Origin: Anaeromyxobacter sp.
GTDB lineage: Bacteria > Myxococcota > Myxococcia > Myxococcales > Anaeromyxobacteraceae
Reading direction: 5' to 3'
NCBI GenBank assembly: GCA_046351695.1
Contig: JAXLYA010000004.1
Span: 171,265-235,264 of the forward strand
Length of the DNA stretch: 64,000 nucleotides
Shown here: in pieces, positions 55,678 to 64,000 of the stretch
How the letters are laid out: every line of letters starts with the position of its first letter
Position numbering within the stretch: position 1 is the stretch's first letter
Translations under genes and position numbers: made by a program
The notes under the pieces: model-generated
Database searches by the model: none
Told to the model about the DNA's origin: nothing
The model's input: only the letters and a program-made list of their open reading frames with translations

Positions 55678-56085
55678 GTGAGAGGTCTCGACCACGTCGC
55701 CATCCTCGTCTCCGATCTCGACGCCGCGGTGAAGCTCTACCGCGACGTGTACGGCCTCGAGCTCGCCGAGATCGAGGAGGTCCCCACCGAGAAGGTGCGG
55801 GTCGCCATCTTCGGCCACGGCACCGGCCGCATCGAGCTCGTCTCGCCCTCCGGGCCGGACAGCCCCATGGCGAAGGCGCTCGAGAAGCGCGGCGAGGGGC
55901 TCCACCACGTGTGCGTCGAGGTCCCGGACATCGAGAAGGCGATGGCGGCCCTGAAGGAGCAGGGGGCGCCGCTCCTCGACGAGAAGCCGCGCCCCGGCGC
56001 CGGCGGCGCGCGGGTCGCGTTCGTGCACCCGAAGGGCAGCCGCGGAGTGCTGGTGGAGCTGCGCCAGGGTCCGCCGCGGAAGTGA
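55678..56085 (+). CDS. mce: Methylmalonyl-CoA epimerase (VOC family)
   Basis: LDHVAILVSDLDAAVKLY...G.IELV.P...SPMAKALEKRGEGLHHVCVEV.DIE..., preceded by an AAGGAG SD. Confidence 0.8.
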   Translation: MRGLDHVAILVSDLDAAVKLYRDVYGLELAEIEEVPTEKVRVAIFGHGTGRIELVSPSGPDSPMAKALEKRGEGLHHVCVEVPDIEKAMAALKEQGAPLLDEKPRPGAGGARVAFVHPKGSRGVLVELRQGPPRK

Positions 56086-56196
56086 TCAAACGCGCGCGGC
56101 GGCGGGGCATTCCCGGCGCGAGGGACGGCTTGACCGGCCCCCGGCTTCGTGTTTTGGAGAGCGGTCCACGTCCCACCGTCCGATCGGGGAACGCTC

Positions 56197-58161
56197 ATGA
56201 TCCGCCTCGCCGCCGCCCTCGCGGCCTCCCTCTTCCTCGCGCCCGCCGCGCTCGCCCAGGCGAAGCCGGACGCGAAGCCCGAAGCGACGAAGCCTGAGGC
56301 CGCAAAGCCCGAGGCGACCAAGCCCGAGGCCGCCAAGCCGGCCGCGCCGCTCGACCTCGACGCGAAGACGCAGGAGGCGATCCGGCGCGCGGTCGAGAAG
56401 GCGAAGGAGGAGATCCGCGACGAGGTCCGCGCCGAGCTGCAGGGCGCGCAGTCCGCGGCGGAGTTCCTCGGCACCGCCGCCGAGGGCCCGAAGCTCGAGT
56501 TCTTCGAGCTCGACGGCTACTTCCGCACCCGCGGCCAGCTCTACGACCAGCTCGGCCTGGGGGTCAACTCCGACGCCGCCGGCTTCCCTTTCTTCCCGAA
56601 GCCGCTCTTCAGCCCCGACCGCCGCTCGACGAACGCGACGAGCAACATGCGGCTCCGCCTCGAGCCCACGCTCAACGTCTCGGACAACGTGCGGGTGAAG
56701 GCGCAGATCGACGTGCTCGACAACTACGTCCTCGGCTCGTCGGCCAACCTCTCGATGGACTCGGCGTGGAACCCGTACTTCGCCTCGGGCTTCTACGGCT
56801 CGTCCCGCGTCGCCTACGACGGCGACAACCGCAACGACCGCCCGGCGATCTCGCCGAAGCGCGCGTGGGCCGAGGCGCAGACCCCGGTCGGCCTCCTCTC
56901 CTTCGGCCGCATGCCGTCGTCCTGGGGTCTCGGCATCCTCACGAACGCGGGCACCGGCCTCGACCAGGACTACGGCGACACCGTCGACCGCATCCAGTTC
57001 GCCCTGCCGCCCGTCGCCACGCCGGTCGGCCAGCTCACCTTCATCCCGATCCTCGACTTCGACTCGGAGGGCGCGCTGCAGCTCGACCGCGCCTGGGGCA
57101 GCGGCGTGGGCCAGCCGTTCGACGTCGACTCGGCGGACGACGCGCGCACCTACGCCCTCAAGGCGGTCCGGATCGACACCCCCGACGAGCTGCGCCGCAA
57201 GCTCGACCGCGGCGAGTCCTCCTTCAACTTCGGCGCGTACTACAACTACCGCACCCAGCGGAACGTCTTCCCCGACTGGCTCGTGAGCGGCTACAACGCG
57301 AACCTCGTCGCCGGCATCGGCAACGCCGGCGCCGAGACCTTCGCGAACCGCCGCGCCTACGGCCACGTCATCGACGGCTGGGCGCGCTGGGTCAGCCCGC
57401 GGTGGCGCCTCGAGTTCGAGGGCGCCGGCGCGTTCGGCCACATCGGCAACGCCTTCGTGGTCGCGAACGCCAACATCGGGACGGGCACCGACCCGGCCAT
57501 CACGAGCATGGGCAAGGTGCTGGTGCGCCAGTGGGGCGCCGTGCTGCAGGCCGAGTTCAAGGCGATCCCGAACAAGGTCAGCCTCGGCCTCGAGCTCGGC
57601 CTCGCCTCGGGCGACAACGCGCCGGGCATGGGCAACTCGACCCGCGGCGCGAGCTACGACGCCGCCAACGACGCCTTCACCTACCAGCCGTACGGCTCGC
57701 TCGAGGGCCCGCAGTTCGGCGACTTCGCGGCGCTCTCCGGCGCGGGCGGCATCCACCACGACCGCGACATCCGCAACTTCCGCTTCAACCCGGCCTACCG
57801 GATCGACGAGGTGCTCTTCCGCACCATCCTCGGCGGCATCACCGACACGCTCTACGTCCGCCCGAGCCTGCACTGGGACATGTTCCCGGGCCTCGCCTTC
57901 GACACGGCGATCATCTACTCGCAGGCGATGTACGGTGAGTCCACCCCCAGCGCCGCGCAGCAGGGCGACGTGAACACCCAGGTCGTCTACGACCACGGCA
58001 ACAAGGCGCTCGGCCTCGAGCTCGACACGAAGCTGACCTACACGGGCGTGGACGGCTTCTCGGGCTGGTTCTCCTACGGCCTGCTCCAGCCGCTCGGCGC
58101 GTTCGGCACCGGGCTCTCTCGCGGCCACGCCCTGCAGTTCGGCTTCGCGGCGAAGTTCTGA
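56197..58161 (+). CDS. Outer-membrane beta-barrel (porin-like) protein with an N-terminal KPEA repeat and coiled coil; resembles the myxobacterial TIGR04551 family
   Basis: ATG 56197 gives the signal peptide MIRLAAALAASLFLAPAALAQA. FFELDGYFRTRGQLY, long alternating strands, and a C-terminal aromatic residue (...FGFAAKF). Confidence 0.65.
   Translation: MIRLAAALAASLFLAPAALAQAKPDAKPEATKPEAAKPEATKPEAAKPAAPLDLDAKTQEAIRRAVEKAKEEIRDEVRAELQGAQSAAEFLGTAAEGPKLEFFELDGYFRTRGQLYDQLGLGVNSDAAGFPFFPKPLFSPDRRSTNATSNMRLRLEPTLNVSDNVRVKAQIDVLDNYVLGSSANLSMDSAWNPYFASGFYGSSRVAYDGDNRNDRPAISPKRAWAEAQTPVGLLSFGRMPSSWGLGILTNAGTGLDQDYGDTVDRIQFALPPVATPVGQLTFIPILDFDSEGALQLDRAWGSGVGQPFDVDSADDARTYALKAVRIDTPDELRRKLDRGESSFNFGAYYNYRTQRNVFPDWLVSGYNANLVAGIGNAGAETFANRRAYGHVIDGWARWVSPRWRLEFEGAGAFGHIGNAFVVANANIGTGTDPAITSMGKVLVRQWGAVLQAEFKAIPNKVSLGLELGLASGDNAPGMGNSTRGASYDAANDAFTYQPYGSLEGPQFGDFAALSGAGGIHHDRDIRNFRFNPAYRIDEVLFRTILGGITDTLYVRPSLHWDMFPGLAFDTAIIYSQAMYGESTPSAAQQGDVNTQVVYDHGNKALGLELDTKLTYTGVDGFSGWFSYGLLQPLGAFGTGLSRGHALQFGFAAKF
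56260..56349 (+). repeat. In-frame 15-nt tandem repeat (about 6 units) encoding AKPDA-KPEAT-KPEAA-KPEAT-KPEAA-KPAAP
   Basis: Read directly from gcgaagccggac gcgaagcccgaagcgacg aagcctgaggccgca aagcccgaggcgacc aagcccgaggccgcc aagccggccgcgccg. Confidence 0.8.
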
Positions 58162-58194
58162 TCCGATCGGATCCTTGATAACGTCGCGCTCCTC

Positions 58195-59637
58195 ATGGCC
58201 AAGAGGAGCACGCCGCCCGACGCGAAGTCGGGGAAGCAGCCGCCGGGCAGGAAGCCCGCGCCCATCTCGCGCGCCGCGCTCGCCGGGGACGCCGATCCCC
58301 GGCTCGTGGCGCTCTCCGTCTCCATCCAGGACGACGGCGCGCTCTACGCGGAGGACATCCGCGGCAGCCAGGCCCACGTGGGCATGCTCGCGGCCCGGGG
58401 CATCGTCCCGCAGGCCGTGGCGCGCCGCGTGACCGCCGCGCTCGACCAGGTCCGGGCCGAGTTCGCCGCAGGCAAGATCCGCTTCGATCCCGCGCTCGAG
58501 GACGTGCACACCCACGTCGAGCGGCGCCTCGGCGAGCTCGTCGGCAAGGACGCCGGCTACCTCCACGCCGGCCGCAGCCGCAACGACCAGGTCGCCCTGG
58601 ACGAGCGGCTCTTCATCGTGGCCGCCTGCGACCGCTGCGACGCGGCCCTCGCCGGGCTGCAGCGCGCGCTCGTCGGCCAGGCCCGCCGCCACGAGGGCAC
58701 CATCCTCCCCGGCTACACGCACCTCCAGCGCGCGCAGCCGGTCTCGCTCGCCCACCACTTCCTCGCCCACGTGGAGGCGCTCGGCCGCGACCGCGACCGG
58801 CTCGCCGACGTGCGCCGCCGCGCGGCGATCTCGCCGCTCGGGTCGGGCGCGCTCGCCGGCTCGACGCTCCCGCTCGATCGCGAGGCCGTGGCGGCCCGGC
58901 TCGGCCTCTCGGGCGTGACGCGGAACTCCCTCGACGCGGTCTCGGATCGCGACTCGGCGGCGGAGCTGCTCTTCGCGGTCGCGCTCGCGGCGGTGCACCT
59001 CTCCCGCCTCGGCGAGGAGATCGTGCTCTGGACGACGAAGGAGTTCGGCTTCATGACGCTCGCCGACGCCTTCGCGACCGGCTCGTCGCTCATGCCGCAG
59101 AAGAAGAACCCGGACGTGGGCGAGCTCGCCCGCGGCCGCGCCGGGCGCGCCATCGGGGATCTCGTGTCGCTGCTCGCGATCCTGAAGGGCCTGCCGCTCT
59201 CGTACAACCGCGACCTCCAGGAGGACAAGCGGCCGCTGCTCGGCGGCCCGGAGGCCCTCGCGCTCACCGCCGCGGCGCTCGACGGCGCGGTCGAGACCGC
59301 GACCTTCCACGCCGACCGCATGGAGGAGGCGCTCGGCTCCGGCGAGGCGCTCGCGACCGATGCCGCCGAGTACCTGGTCGAGCGCGGCGTCCCGTTCCGC
59401 GAGGCGCACGAGGCCGTCGGGAAGGCCGCGGCGCTGTCGGCGCGGTCGGGCCGGCCCATCGCGAAGCTGACCGCCGCGGAGTGGGCGAGCTTCCACCCGA
59501 GGTTCGAGAGGGACGTGCTGAAGGTGTTCGACGCGCGGAAGAGCCTCAGGCGGAGGGACCTCCCCGGCGCGCCCGGGCCGAGGCAGGTGCGGGCCGAGCT
59601 CCGGCGGTGGGAGAAGGCGCTGGGGAGGAAGCGGTGA
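58195..59637 (+). CDS. argH: Argininosuccinate lyase
   Basis: [20 protein letters not shown], and the fumarate-lyase signature [12 protein letters not shown]. Confidence 0.9.
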   Translation: MAKRSTPPDAKSGKQPPGRKPAPISRAALAGDADPRLVALSVSIQDDGALYAEDIRGSQAHVGMLAARGIVPQAVARRVTAALDQVRAEFAAGKIRFDPALEDVHTHVERRLGELVGKDAGYLHAGRSRNDQVALDERLFIVAACDRCDAALAGLQRALVGQARRHEGTILPGYTHLQRAQPVSLAHHFLAHVEALGRDRDRLADVRRRAAISPLGSGALAGSTLPLDREAVAARLGLSGVTRNSLDAVSDRDSAAELLFAVALAAVHLSRLGEEIVLWTTKEFGFMTLADAFATGSSLMPQKKNPDVGELARGRAGRAIGDLVSLLAILKGLPLSYNRDLQEDKRPLLGGPEALALTAAALDGAVETATFHADRMEEALGSGEALATDAAEYLVERGVPFREAHEAVGKAAALSARSGRPIAKLTAAEWASFHPRFERDVLKVFDARKSLRRRDLPGAPGPRQVRAELRRWEKALGRKR

Positions 59638-59756
59638 GGGTTCTCCTCCTCGCCCTCGCGCTCGCCGCCTGCGGCGTGAAGGCCCCGCCCCGGCCGCCGA
59701 AGGCGCCCGCGGCGCCGGTGCAGCCCGCCCCGAACTCCAGCCCGGACGGCAAGTGA
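59634..59756 (+). CDS. Small (40 aa) lipoprotein upstream of lysA, LptM/YifL/LppL-like
   Basis: GTGA overlap with the argH stop. [22 protein letters not shown] (lipobox plus CG.K.P motif). The same position relative to lysA as lppL/yifL in proteobacteria. The track ORF 59481-59756 is its 5'-extended shadow. Confidence 0.5.
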   Translation: MRVLLLALALAACGVKAPPRPPKAPAAPVQPAPNSSPDGK

Positions 59757-61051
59757 ACCACTTCCAGCGCAAGCGCGGCGTGCTCCACGCCGAGGGGATC
59801 ACGCTCGAGGCCCTCGCGGCCGGGCACGGGACCCCGCTCTACGTCTACTCGACCGCGACGCTCACCCGGCACTGGCGGGTGCTGCACCGCTCGCTCGCCG
59901 GCGTGCGGCACACCGTCTGCTACGCGGTGAAGGCGAACTCGAACCTGGCGGTGCTCTCGCTCTTCGCGAAGCTCGGATCGGGCTTCGACATCGTCTCGGG
60001 CGGCGAGCTGTACCGCGTGCTGCAGGCGGGCGGGGACCCCTCGAAGGTGGTGTTCAGCGGCGTCGGCAAGCGCGACGACGAGATCGCCTTCGCGCTCTCG
60101 GCCGGCGTGCGGGTCATCGACGTCGAGAGCGCGCCGGAGCTCGCCCGGATCTCGATCGTGGCGCGCCGGCTGGGCGTGCGCGCGCCCATCGCGCTGCGCG
60201 TGAACCCGGACGTCGATCCCCGGACGCACCCGTACATCGCGACCGGCCTGCGCGAGTCGAAGTTCGGCGTGGACGTCGCGGAGGCGCGGCGGCTGTACGC
60301 GCTCGCCGCGAAGGACGAGGCCCTCGCGGTGAAGGGCATCGCCTGCCACATCGGCTCGCAGATCACGACCATGCGGCCGTTCCTCGACGCGGTGGGCCGC
60401 GTGCTCGCGCTCGCGGAGGAGCTGCGCGGGCAGGGCATCGCCATCCGCCACCTCGACGTCGGCGGCGGCCTCGGCATCCGCTACAAGGACGAGGACCCGC
60501 CGCACCCGGACGCGTACGGCGAGGCCATCAGGAAGGCGCTCGGCAAGTTCGACGGCGAGGTGCTGCTCGAGCCGGGCCGGGTGCTCGTCGGCAACGCCGG
60601 CGTGCTCGTCACCCGGGTGCTGTACGTGAAGCGGAGCGGGAGGAAGGTGTTCGTGGTGGTGGACGCCGCCATGAACGACCTCGTCCGCCCCGCGTTCTAC
60701 GACGCCCACCACGAGCTCGAGCTCGCCGGCCCGCCGAGGCAGGGCGCCCGCGAGATCGTCGCCGACGTGGTCGGGCCGATCTGCGAGTCGTCGGACTTCC
60801 TGGCGAGGAAGCGCCGGATGCAGGAGCCGGAGCCCGGCGACCTCCTCGCCGTGCGCTCGGCCGGTGCGTACGGGTTCACGATGTCCTCGAACTACAACGC
60901 CCGTCCGCGCGCGGCGGAGGTGCTCGTCGACGGCACGAAGGCCTTCGTGGGCCGCCGGCGCGAGACCTACGCCGACCTCGTCCGGGGCGAGCGGCCGCTG
61001 CCCGGGGTGGGCCCGAAGTCGAAGGTCCCGAAGCGGACCCGGATCGGTTAA
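59753..61051 (+). CDS. lysA: Diaminopimelate decarboxylase
   Basis: TPLYVY, YAVKANSN (PLP Lys), HIGSQ, LDVGGGLGI, GPICESSD, GAYG. Confidence 0.9.
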   Translation: MNHFQRKRGVLHAEGITLEALAAGHGTPLYVYSTATLTRHWRVLHRSLAGVRHTVCYAVKANSNLAVLSLFAKLGSGFDIVSGGELYRVLQAGGDPSKVVFSGVGKRDDEIAFALSAGVRVIDVESAPELARISIVARRLGVRAPIALRVNPDVDPRTHPYIATGLRESKFGVDVAEARRLYALAAKDEALAVKGIACHIGSQITTMRPFLDAVGRVLALAEELRGQGIAIRHLDVGGGLGIRYKDEDPPHPDAYGEAIRKALGKFDGEVLLEPGRVLVGNAGVLVTRVLYVKRSGRKVFVVVDAAMNDLVRPAFYDAHHELELAGPPRQGAREIVADVVGPICESSDFLARKRRMQEPEPGDLLAVRSAGAYGFTMSSNYNARPRAAEVLVDGTKAFVGRRRETYADLVRGERPLPGVGPKSKVPKRTRIG

Positions 61052-61086
61052 GTTCCCCGCCTCAGTCTCCCCCGGAGGAACCGTCG

Positions 61087-61977
61087 ATGGCCAGGCTGGA
61101 AGGCTCCATGGTGGCGATCGTCACGCCCATGAAGGACGGGCGCGTCGACACGAAGGCGCTCGCCGACCTCGTGGCGTGGCAGATCTCGGAGGGCACCGAC
61201 GGCATCGTGCCCTGCGGGACGACCGGCGAGGGCGCGACCCTCACCGCCGCCGAGGCCGCCGAGGTGGTGAAGACCACCGTCGAGGTCTGCCGCGGGAAGG
61301 CGCTCGTCGTCGCCGGCGCGGGCTCGAACGCGACCCACGTGGCGATCGAGAGCGTGAAGTCGGCGAAGGCGCTCGGCGCCGACGCCGCGCTCGTCGTGAC
61401 GCCCTACTACAACAAGCCCACGCAGGAGGGGCTCTACCGGCACTACCTCGCGATCTGGGAGGCGACCCGCTTCCCCGTGGTCGCCTACAACGTGCCGGGC
61501 CGCACCTCGGTCGACATGCTGCCCGAGACCGTCGCGCGGCTCTCGAAGGCGGGCGCCATCGTCGGCATCAAGGAGGCGACGGCGAGCATGGACCGCCAGG
61601 TCCAGCTCATCGAGAAGGTCGGGAAGGACGCGCTCTCCTACCTGTCCGGCGACGACTTCACGACGCTCCCGTACATCGCCTGCGGCGGCCACGGCACCAT
61701 CTCGGTGACCGCCAACATCGCGCCCCGCGCCGTGAAGGAGCTCGTCGTCGCGGCGCGGAAGCCGGACCTCGCGACCGCGCTCCGGCTCCAGGCGGCGATG
61801 GGCGAGCTCAACCGCGCCATGTTCCTCGAGACGAACCCGGGCCCGGTGAAGGCGGGCGTGAACCTGCTCGGCCGCTGCGGCCCGGAGCTGCGCCTGCCGC
61901 TCGCGCCCGTGTCCGACGCGAACCTCGCGAAGGTGCGCGAGGCGATGGTGAAGTTCGGCCTCCCGGTGAAGGGGTAG
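61087..61977 (+). CDS. dapA: 4-hydroxy-tetrahydrodipicolinate synthase
   Basis: [38 protein letters not shown] (Schiff-base Lys). Confidence 0.9.
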   Translation: MARLEGSMVAIVTPMKDGRVDTKALADLVAWQISEGTDGIVPCGTTGEGATLTAAEAAEVVKTTVEVCRGKALVVAGAGSNATHVAIESVKSAKALGADAALVVTPYYNKPTQEGLYRHYLAIWEATRFPVVAYNVPGRTSVDMLPETVARLSKAGAIVGIKEATASMDRQVQLIEKVGKDALSYLSGDDFTTLPYIACGGHGTISVTANIAPRAVKELVVAARKPDLATALRLQAAMGELNRAMFLETNPGPVKAGVNLLGRCGPELRLPLAPVSDANLAKVREAMVKFGLPVKG

Positions 61978-61981
61978 CGAC

Positions 61982-62779
61982 ATGACGAAGGTGGTGGTCA
62001 CCGGCGCCGCGGGCCGGATGGGCGGGACGATCATCCGCCTGCTCGCGGGCGCGGAGGGGCTCTCGCTCCACGCCGCCGTCGAGCGCCCGGGCGGTCCGGG
62101 CGGCGACGCCGGGGTCGCGGCGGGGCTCCCGGCGAACGGCGTCACGATCGGCCACGACCTCGCGGCCGCGCTCGCGGGCGCCGCGGTGGTCATCGACTTC
62201 ACGAGCCACGAGGCCTCCGCCCGGCACGCGGCGCTCTGCGCGGAGCGCGGCGTCGCGCTCGTCGTCGGCTCCACCGGCTTCACGCCGGAGTCGCGCGCGA
62301 AGGTGGCCGAGGCGGCGAAGCGGATCCCGGTCGTCCTCTCGCCCAACATGAGCGTGGGCGTGAACGTGCTCTTCGACCTCGTCCGGCGCGCCGCCGGCAC
62401 CCTCGGCGACGCGTACGACGTGGAGATCGTCGAGCTCCACCACAAGAAGAAGAAGGACGCGCCCTCCGGCACCGCGGAGAAGCTCGCCGAGGTCGCGGTC
62501 GAGGCGCTGGGCAGGTCGCGCGACGTCCTCGCCTACGAGCGCCACGGCCTGATCGGCGAGCGGCCCGCGAAGGAGATCGGCGTGCAGACGCTGCGCGGCG
62601 GCGACGTCGTGGGCGAGCACACGGTCTACTTCTGCGGCGAGGGCGAGCGGATCGAGCTCACCCACCGCGCCACCTCGCGCGAGCAGTTCGCGCGCGGCGC
62701 CCTGCGCGCCGCGGGCTGGCTCGCCGGGAAGCCGGCGGGGCTCTACGACATGGCCGACGTGCTGGGGTTGAAGCCGTGA
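61982..62779 (+). CDS. dapB: 4-hydroxy-tetrahydrodipicolinate reductase
   Basis: [33 protein letters not shown](L/I)[13 protein letters not shown]. Confidence 0.9.
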   Translation: MTKVVVTGAAGRMGGTIIRLLAGAEGLSLHAAVERPGGPGGDAGVAAGLPANGVTIGHDLAAALAGAAVVIDFTSHEASARHAALCAERGVALVVGSTGFTPESRAKVAEAAKRIPVVLSPNMSVGVNVLFDLVRRAAGTLGDAYDVEIVELHHKKKKDAPSGTAEKLAEVAVEALGRSRDVLAYERHGLIGERPAKEIGVQTLRGGDVVGEHTVYFCGEGERIELTHRATSREQFARGALRAAGWLAGKPAGLYDMADVLGLKP

Positions 62780-63528
62780 GGGTCTGCCGCTACCGCCTCC
62801 GCGGCCACGACCGCTACGGTCTCGTCGAGGGCGACCGCGTGAAGCCGCTCACCGCGGCGCCGTGGTCGGGCGGCACGCCGGAGGGACCGGCGGTCCCCCT
62901 CGCGGACGTGCGCCTGCTCGCGCCGGTCGAGCCGTCGAAGGTGGCCTGCGTCGGGCGGAACTACCGCGCCCACGCGAAGGAGCTCGGCAACGAGGTCCCC
63001 GTCGAGCCGATGTTCTTCCTGAAGCCCTCCACCGCGGTCGTCGGCCCCGGCGACGAGATCCGCTGCCCGCCCCAGTCGAAGGAGGTCCACTTCGAGGCGG
63101 AGCTCGCCGTGGTCATCGGCCGCACGCTCACCCGCGCGACGCCGGTCGAGGCGCGGATGGGCATCTTCGGGTACGCCTGCCTGAACGACGTCACGGCCCG
63201 CGACATCCAGCGCGCCGAGAAGCAGTTCACGCGCGCGAAGGGCTTCGACACCTTCTGCCCGATCGGCCCGGTGGTGGAGACCTCCGTCGACCCGCTCGAC
63301 CTCGGCGTGATCTGCCGGCTCAACGGCCAGGAGCGCCAGCGCGGCTCGACCCGCGACATGGTCCACGACGTCTTCGCGCTCGTCGCCTACGTCTCGCAGG
63401 TGATGACGCTGCTCCCGGGCGACGTCGTCTCCACCGGCACGCCCGAGGGTGTCGGCCAGATGCAGCGCGGCGACTGGGTCGAGGTGGAGATCCCCGGGAT
63501 CGGGTTGCTCAGGAACCCGGTGGTGTAG
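62776..63528 (+). CDS. Fumarylacetoacetate hydrolase (FAH) family protein
   Basis: [65 protein letters not shown] overlap with the dapB stop. Confidence 0.85.
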   Translation: MRVCRYRLRGHDRYGLVEGDRVKPLTAAPWSGGTPEGPAVPLADVRLLAPVEPSKVACVGRNYRAHAKELGNEVPVEPMFFLKPSTAVVGPGDEIRCPPQSKEVHFEAELAVVIGRTLTRATPVEARMGIFGYACLNDVTARDIQRAEKQFTRAKGFDTFCPIGPVVETSVDPLDLGVICRLNGQERQRGSTRDMVHDVFALVAYVSQVMTLLPGDVVSTGTPEGVGQMQRGDWVEVEIPGIGLLRNPVV

Positions 63529-64000
63529 CGGCCGGGGCTCCGCGTCCGAAGAGGTTGAACCTCAGCCCCACCTCGAACGTCACCCCGCCGATCCAGGCCG
63601 GGTTGAACGCGAAGAAGGTCGCGTAGGCGCCGTCGTAGCTCACGCCCGCGAGGACGTCGAGGCGGTCGCCGAGCGGGACGGCGGCGCCGAGCCCGACGTG
63701 CAGGCCCATGCGCCGCTGGGTGCTCCAGCCGATCGCCTGGCTCGTCGCGTCGTTGGTGGAGCGGTGGGCCGACGATCGGGAGACCCCGAGGCCCACGGAG
63801 CCCTCGGTGCGGACCGGGCCGAGGCTGCCGAAGATGCGGAGCGCGGGGACCGCCACGAACTGCCTGATGCGGTCGAGCTTGCCCCCGTCGGCCGGGTCCC
63901 GCGAGGTCGCCGAGCGGCGCGCCTCGAGCTCGAGGGCGTAGCTCGAGCCGAAGCGCCAGCCGATGCGTCCGCCGAAGGCGTACCCGAGCGGCAGGGACCC
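63509..64000 (-). CDS. Outer-membrane beta-barrel protein (3' end in window, 5' end beyond the window edge)
   Basis: The frame stays open from 63856 up to 64000 (…GSLPLGYAFGGRIGWRFGSSYALELEARR…); the M in the track is an internal GTG. Alternating strand pattern, and the C-terminal beta-signal-like VGLRFNLF is followed by a 12-aa tail. Confidence 0.6.
   Translation of the reverse strand, partial: GSLPLGYAFGGRIGWRFGSSYALELEARRSATSRDPADGGKLDRIRQFVAVPALRIFGSLGPVRTEGSVGLGVSRSSAHRSTNDATSQAIGWSTQRRMGLHVGLGAAVPLGDRLDVLAGVSYDGAYATFFAFNPAWIGGVTFEVGLRFNLFGRGAPAATPPGS

Overview
Very GC-rich (about 70-75% by eye), densely coding bacterial chromosome segment. The gene content (many lipoproteins, a Ser/Thr kinase, sigma-54-type promoter motifs, AgmX/PglI-like and TIGR04551-like envelope proteins, a YjfB-like motility protein) suggests Myxococcota, Anaeromyxobacter-like; that is inference only. 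I support about 59 protein-coding genes. Real frames were separated from the many R/G/P-rich shadow ORFs by amino-acid composition, near-100% GC at codon position 3, signal peptides, catalytic motifs and SD/start context. I saw no rRNA, tRNA, CRISPR array, transposase or integrase. Housekeeping blocks are argH-lptM-like-lysA-dapA-dapB, malQ, gluQ-miaE, queF, pepA, hisC-like and mce. Points worth a second look: (1) 45.6-52.7 kb, an ECF sigma/anti-sigma pair translationally coupled to a secreted caspase-fold protein with a perfect EF-hand loop and a barrel-like tail, two tandemly duplicated orphan lipoproteins and a Kelch lipoprotein. (2) 22528-22710, a 60-codon membrane ORF absent from the ORF track, with an in-frame TGA inside a C-G-A-TGA motif followed by an 8-bp hairpin with a GGUC loop; this is a candidate small selenoprotein. 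(3) 1-7.1 kb, an operon of acylase, lipase and FadL channel. (4) A bacterial NOX/FRE-type flavocytochrome. (5) Two families of roughly 40-50 nt intergenic repeats. (6) A structured queF leader with mutually exclusive helices. (7) Three genes (HNH, VOC, caspase) each apparently one base short of an intact frame, which may be pseudogenes or assembly indels. All functional calls rest on motif recognition by eye. No database search was run.
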